A stretch of DNA of 64,000 nt from Octopus vulgaris (taxonomy: Eukaryota), in the NCBI GenBank assembly GCA_951406725.2, contig OX597817.1, positions 16,492,001 to 16,556,000 on the forward strand. The letters are read 5' to 3'. Every line of letters starts with the position of its first letter. Within the stretch, counting starts at the first letter, position 1. Of the stretch, positions 61,346-64,000 are shown in pieces. The position numbers and the translations under genes are program-made. Below the pieces are notes generated by a model, which saw only the letters and a program-made list of their open reading frames with translations, was not told the DNA's origin and ran no database searches.

Positions 61346-64000
61346 TATCTTTGTCTCTGTGTTTGTCCCCACCACTCCTCGACAACTGGTGTTGGAGTGT
61401 TTAAGTCCCTGTGACTTAGCAGTTTGGCATAAGAGACTGAAAGAATAACCACTAGGCTCAAAAATAAAAATAATAATAAGTCTTGGGGCCAATTTGTTCA
61501 TCTAAGACCCTTTGAAGCTGTGCCCCAGCTTGGCCAATGTCAAATGACCGAAATGTAAAAAAATAAAAGAAATAATAAATGATATATATTTAAATTGCTT
61601 AAAATTTTTTTTTAATTAAATTAATTTTTTAAAAAATTTATTTATTTAGTACATTAAATGTGAAACTAGTTTTATATATATATTATATATATATACAAAA
61701 TGTGACCCCGTGTGTACCATTGGCGATTTTTTTCCTCTGTTTTCCCTCCTCTGGATCTTTCCTTCTCCTATGTTTCCGATGAAGAGCTCCGCTCGAAACG
61801 TTAAACCCTCCTTCTTTCCTTCGCGTCCAATAATACTATATTTGTTCCACGTCCTCGCGTTGTTTTTGTGCTTTCTTGTTTGGATTAACTTTATATATAT
61901 ATATATCACCATCATTTAACATCTGTTGTCCATACTGGCATGGGTTGAACAGTGTGCCTAGTGCTGACAAGCTAGGGAGCTGCACCAGACTCCAGTCTGA
62001 TTTGGCATGGTTTTTACAGCTGGATGCCCTTCCTAACATGCCAACCACTTTACAGAGTGTGCTGGGTGCTTTTATGTGGCACTGCACAGGTGCTTTTACA
62101 TGGCTTCACACGGGTGCTTTTACATAGCACTGCACAGGTGCTTTTATGTAGCACTGCACAGGCACTTTTACATGATGCCATAAGGGTACTTTTTTGTGGC
62201 ACTGTCATAAGTGCTTTGCACCACCAGAAGGGACTGGTCCTAACACTTCTACTGCAGAGTACAAGTCTTTTTGGGTACATCAAAGCATGACAACACTAAT
62301 AAAATACATTTTAGATTTAAAAGATTGTTGTTATTTTTAAGACTTGAACCAATTTTATTCAAAGTATAAAACCACTGATAAAATATCTGATATTAAAAAT
62401 AAGAAGTTATTGATTCAGAAGTTGTTTCAATTGAAGAATGTAAGTATTTCTGATAGCAATAAGGAAATCATAAAGTTAAAAAAAAATGGTTAAGTCAAGA
62501 ATTTCCTCTCTGAATATAAAATGTTCCATAGTGGCAGTGCACTTCAGTTTATCTTAACATACCATGCAAGGCATAGTATAAAAATGTATTGATCACATTC
62601 ATAATAATTTCGCGCAATTAAGTCTCATTTCATTAACATGAAACCTTCAGCTTCTTTAACAAGCATTTTCTTTACTATCACCTTTATCCTCTCCTCACTC
62701 CATTTCTGTTGCCATAATCTTATCTTGTATTCTCAATTATCAGCTTCCATAAGCTTCTAACATCTTGGTTAATTCTTTAATTCTTTCTCCTTGATATTCA
62801 GATTAATGGAATGCACCAACCTAAATACTTATCTATGTTGGTTCCTCACAGTTCAAAGTTCAAATTATAATAGATAACCCTTATTCCTCTATCTAATGAT
62901 AAAATAAGGACTTACTGTTGTTTCTAATTTAGGCACAAGGGTGGTAGTTTTGAGGAGTGGGGATAACTTGTTGATATCATTAACTCCTGTACTTGACTGG
63001 TACTTTTTTTTATTAACCTCAAAAAGTTGACCTCAGCAAGATTTGAGCTCAGAATCTAAAGAATCAGAAAATATATAGCATTTTGCCTGATGCTCTAACA
63101 ATTCTGTTAATGCAGTATTGTCAATACACTGTATATTCTGCAGTATAAAAAACAATTCCTGTATCCAGTCAAAACCAATTATTATTTTAAAATCAAGAGC
63201 ATTTATTAACAGTGAATCAAAATATGTTTAAGATCTACAGATATTACAAAAAAATTTTCAGAGGGGGAATGTCAACACCCGTGGCCCTTTTTAGGGCCTT
63301 TGAAATTGGTGAGAAAAAGTTGTCAGATTGGAGATCTGGTTTGAATACTTGCAACATAGTGAACTCCATTAAAGATACCTAAGAGCTGAAAGGCACTTCA
63401 TTACAAGAATGAGAATTGCCTGTCTGACAGGCTTATATGTACAGTTCCTGTTAGCCAAGTTTCACTCACAAGTTGTTGGTGAATTCAAAAGTATGGTGGA
63501 AGATACTTACCCAAGGTACTTGTGCTGCAAGATTGAACTTAAAACCATGTAAATTTTTTAACCATGCAACTATACTTGCAAAGTGGTTGAAAGAATATTT
63601 TCTCAATATTATTAAAATTGATTTGAAGTAACCTTGCTACAAACCCAGATAACTTACATTAACCTTTAGTCTTAAATAACTTAGAATACCTAAATTCATA
63701 ACCTATAATTAGTGCTATTCGTGTATCTTAACAGGTAAAATCACTTTAGCAATTTATCCCCTCTCCTGAAGTTGCTGGCCTTGTGCCAAAATTTGAAACC
63801 AATATTTAAAGAACAAATTAATTTATGGACAGTATGGAATCTGTTTCTATTGCTGTAGAGTTAACAGAGCTGAATACTCTGGTTCAGAGATAGTTTCAAA
63901 AATTCCGTTTGTTTATTTTTAGATATTTGATAATCTGTTGCTTTTTTTTTTTTTTTTTGACAGTTACATTGATGCATCACCTGAACATCATTCATTCCCA
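30300..64000 (+). CDS. Unidentified multi-exon gene divergent from RPS6 (Ser/Thr/acidic, probably disordered N-terminal region); continues beyond window
   Basis: Phase-compatible chain: 30300..30313?, 30445..30482?, 30935..31083, 31501..31521?, 39793..39871, 47815..47899, 49223..49323, 51485..51587, 54001..54086, 59197..59293, 63964..>64000. Exons are bounded by AG acceptors and GT donors and splice without stops. Confidence 0.7.
30935..31083 (+). CDS. Exon of divergent gene (DYGMDGISEDYNCFQPSHFVVLDSQ...LQIPETQ)
   Basis: TACTAAC branch point at 30907, tttccttag acceptor, CAA|gtgaga donor. Confidence 0.7.
31550..31947 (-). mobile_element. Non-autonomous Helitron
   Basis: CTAG plus CCCGGCGTTGCCCGGG hairpin at one end; (CAGA)n..TTTATATATATAGA at the other. 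Confidence 0.7.
33090..33500 (-). mobile_element. SINE family A
   Basis: Full reverse-complement copy of 51670..52075. Confidence 0.88.
33504..33725. mobile_element. piggyBac-type MITE
   Basis: TTAA-CCCTTTCGTTAC...GTAACGAAAGGG-TTAA. Confidence 0.8.
34260..34580 (+). mobile_element. LINE (RTE/RTEX-like) 3' end
   Basis: IYGKLPPVSSLV..RVQFAG.C.R..LLLWKP..AMMDREVWR; (TGA)n tail. Confidence 0.75.
36250..37600 (-). mobile_element. RTE-clade LINE, decayed RT and C-terminal region
   Basis: ORFs 37122..37592 (QFGF..DLEKAFDR..HQGSVLSPLLF..LLYADD) and 36503..36916. Confidence 0.9.
37795..38135 (+). mobile_element. SINE family A with internal deletion
   Basis: Head joined directly at GGTAAG-TGTCTTC. 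Confidence 0.85.
38876..39103. mobile_element. piggyBac-type MITE, same family as 33504..33725
   Basis: TTAACCCTTTCATTAC...GTAACGAAAGGGTTAA, collinear interior. Confidence 0.8.
39194..39650 (-). mobile_element. RTE-tail repeat family C (others: 575-850, 9608-9965, 12330-12753, 15350-15870, 19369-19665, 22656-22877, 32106-32520, 34795-34980, 40347-40492, 41780-42130, 45077-45800, 55758-56118, 61906-62230)
   Basis: GGTTGGCGTTAGGAAGGGCATCCAGC..GGACGTTAAACG(ATG)n tail preceded by internal ~60-bp GTGCCGGTGGCACATAAAAAGCACC tandem units. Confidence 0.85.
39793..39871 (+). CDS. Exon of divergent gene (TEQVHINPSPNQKSAVSETYQYDIDL)
   Basis: cctattttag acceptor, A|gtaagt donor, phase 0 to 1. Confidence 0.7.
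42470..43150 (+). mobile_element. RTE LINE 3' fragment interrupted by a SINE
   Basis: KGRLYEAC..HMDEDSCIKKCQSLIVEGTHGRGRHRRTWNEV. Confidence 0.75.
42712..42942 (+). mobile_element. SINE family B inserted in RTE (others: 24476-24660 -, 28724-28954 -, 45280-45502 +, 58237-58447 +, 59344-59575 +, decayed copies 49.9-53.8 kb)
   Basis: Full-length copy with TSD GATATGGTCATG. Confidence 0.88.
43567..43745. repeat. Compound microsatellite (GAT)/(GGC)/(CTA)/(GCT)/(CA)
   Basis: Directly visible. Confidence 0.95.
43960..45855 (-). mobile_element. Tigger/pogo-type DNA transposon relic with nested SINEs
   Basis: Degraded DDE_1-like text (QPMDQG.., WKKLWPEVVNNYKGF..); terminal ..GATTACTG-TA at ~45855. 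Confidence 0.6.
47461..47751 (+). mobile_element. 3' end of the same CR1-type LINE family
   Basis: Near-identical to the reverse complement of 24816..25080; (TAAC)n tail. Confidence 0.88.
47815..47899 (+). CDS. Exon of divergent gene (DSSDFSQASLKFLEAPNMESNQPVRTQ)
   Basis: ttctcttgcag(tag) acceptor, AG|gtattt donor, phase 1 to 2. Confidence 0.72.
49223..49323 (+). CDS. Exon of divergent gene (GSSSEESHSNFCKPLPPSFVEDPSSKQNLSTPT)
   Basis: tttctttctcag acceptor, CAG|gtatac donor, phase 2 to 1. Confidence 0.75.
50356..50765 (+). mobile_element. LINE (CR1/L2-group) 3' end
   Basis: NTRGHIYKV.KQHSSHDFRKHFFTLRVAEAWNKLPASVV; (ATT)n tail. Confidence 0.8.
51485..51587 (+). CDS. Exon of divergent gene (HGSHEKSSADDPVSVTIQNVKKSRELAAESKNN)
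   Basis: tttctag acceptor, TT|gtatgt donor, phase 1 to 2. Confidence 0.72.
51670..52075 (+). mobile_element. tRNA-derived SINE family A, full length (others: 14283-14612 -, 15960-16275 +, 17410-17770 +, 33090-33500 -, 37795-38135 +, 46800-47125 +)
   Basis: Head GCAGGAGTGGCTGTGTGGTAAG..GGTTCAGTCCC (A/B-box-like), internal (TA)/(TG) microsatellite, AAAGAGT tail. Confidence 0.88.
54001..54086 (+). CDS. Exon of divergent gene (TGKPDEIKSTALARKFLFKSDEDTSEDK)
   Basis: tttatttag acceptor, AAG|gtaact donor, phase 2 to 1. Confidence 0.75.
54188..54468. repeat. ~280-bp near-perfect palindrome (hairpin)
   Basis: Arms of ~140 bp centred near 54328 with only a handful of mismatches. Confidence 0.95.
54850..55757 (+). 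mobile_element. Heavily decayed RTE LINE
   Basis: RLLEFCDANDL, ELLYADD and DSLKYSRGSLDVANSFC fragments collinear with 36250..37600. Confidence 0.7.
57620..57848. mobile_element. Second piggyBac-type MITE family (related pieces at ~17266, ~23630-23835, ~47970-48165)
   Basis: TTAACCCTTTAGCATT...ACACTAAAGGGTTAA. Confidence 0.7.
58481..58787 (-). mobile_element. tRNA-derived SINE family D (others: 9188-9440 -, 16782-17125 +, 38420-38708 -)
   Basis: Head GGAGGCGCAATGGCTTAGTGGTTAGGGCAGCGGACTCGCG..GGTTTCGATTCCC; inserted in (TA)n. Confidence 0.85.
58931..59019. repeat. Compound microsatellite (CT)(TA)(TG)
   Basis: Directly visible. Confidence 0.95.
59197..59293 (+). CDS. Exon of divergent gene (SEPEVNTPSRHIASLQVSPVSVIVSDTADEM)
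   Basis: ccttctactag acceptor, AA|gtaagt donor, phase 1 to 2. Confidence 0.75.
59677..60180. repeat. Minisatellite, 12 perfect copies of 42 bp (ATTCCTTAAGTTTAGTACTTATTGTTTCGGTCTCTTTTGCCA)
   Basis: 504 bp; the unit is an internal segment of a minus-strand SINE A that continues on both sides. Confidence 0.97.
60557..60857 (+). mobile_element. SINE family D
   Basis: Inverted, highly similar partner of 58481..58787. Confidence 0.85.
61185..61344. repeat. Compound microsatellite (CAT)(TA)(TG)
   Basis: Directly visible. Confidence 0.95.
61690..61900 (+). mobile_element. Penelope-like element terminal (pLTR) remnant in (TA)n with hammerhead-like motif
   Basis: GTTT-CCGATGAA-GAGC-TCC-GCTC-GAAACGTTAAAC at 61772..61806; flanked by (TA)n. 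Confidence 0.55.
63964..64000 (+). CDS. Start of next exon of divergent gene (YIDASPEHHSFP...)
   Basis: Long poly-T tract plus gacag acceptor; open in the phase-2 frame. Confidence 0.65.

Noticed and set aside
62342-62439. Possible exon ending GAAGAAT|gtaagt
   Set aside because: The acceptors tried gave stops in the phase needed between 59293 and 63964, which already join in frame.

Overview
AT-rich, repeat-dense animal genomic DNA. The SINE/RTE families, microsatellites and gene architecture suggest an octopus or other coleoid cephalopod (inference). Genes: (1) a complete 5-exon RPS6/eS6 gene on the minus strand with a TCT/5'TOP start. Its last exon runs past the phospho-serine cluster into a ~540-aa Lys/Ala/Pro/Gln-rich, histone-H1-tail-like extension, giving a predicted 786 aa versus ~250 aa for canonical eS6. 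(2) An MPV17/PMP22-family gene with an intronless CDS. (3) A divergently transcribed, unidentified gene built from short phase-compatible exons from ~30.3 kb to beyond the window end. (4) A probable first coding exon (MPLAQL...) of a minus-strand gene near 2.9 kb. RPS6 introns carry several H/ACA snoRNA candidates, including a duplicated pair. The remainder is four SINE-like families, CR1/RTE LINE relics, Merlin and Tigger relics, Helitron/hAT/piggyBac non-autonomous elements, a Penelope-like end with a hammerhead-like motif, a ~280-bp palindrome and a perfect 12x42-bp SINE-derived minisatellite. All calls were made by eye; no database searches were run.
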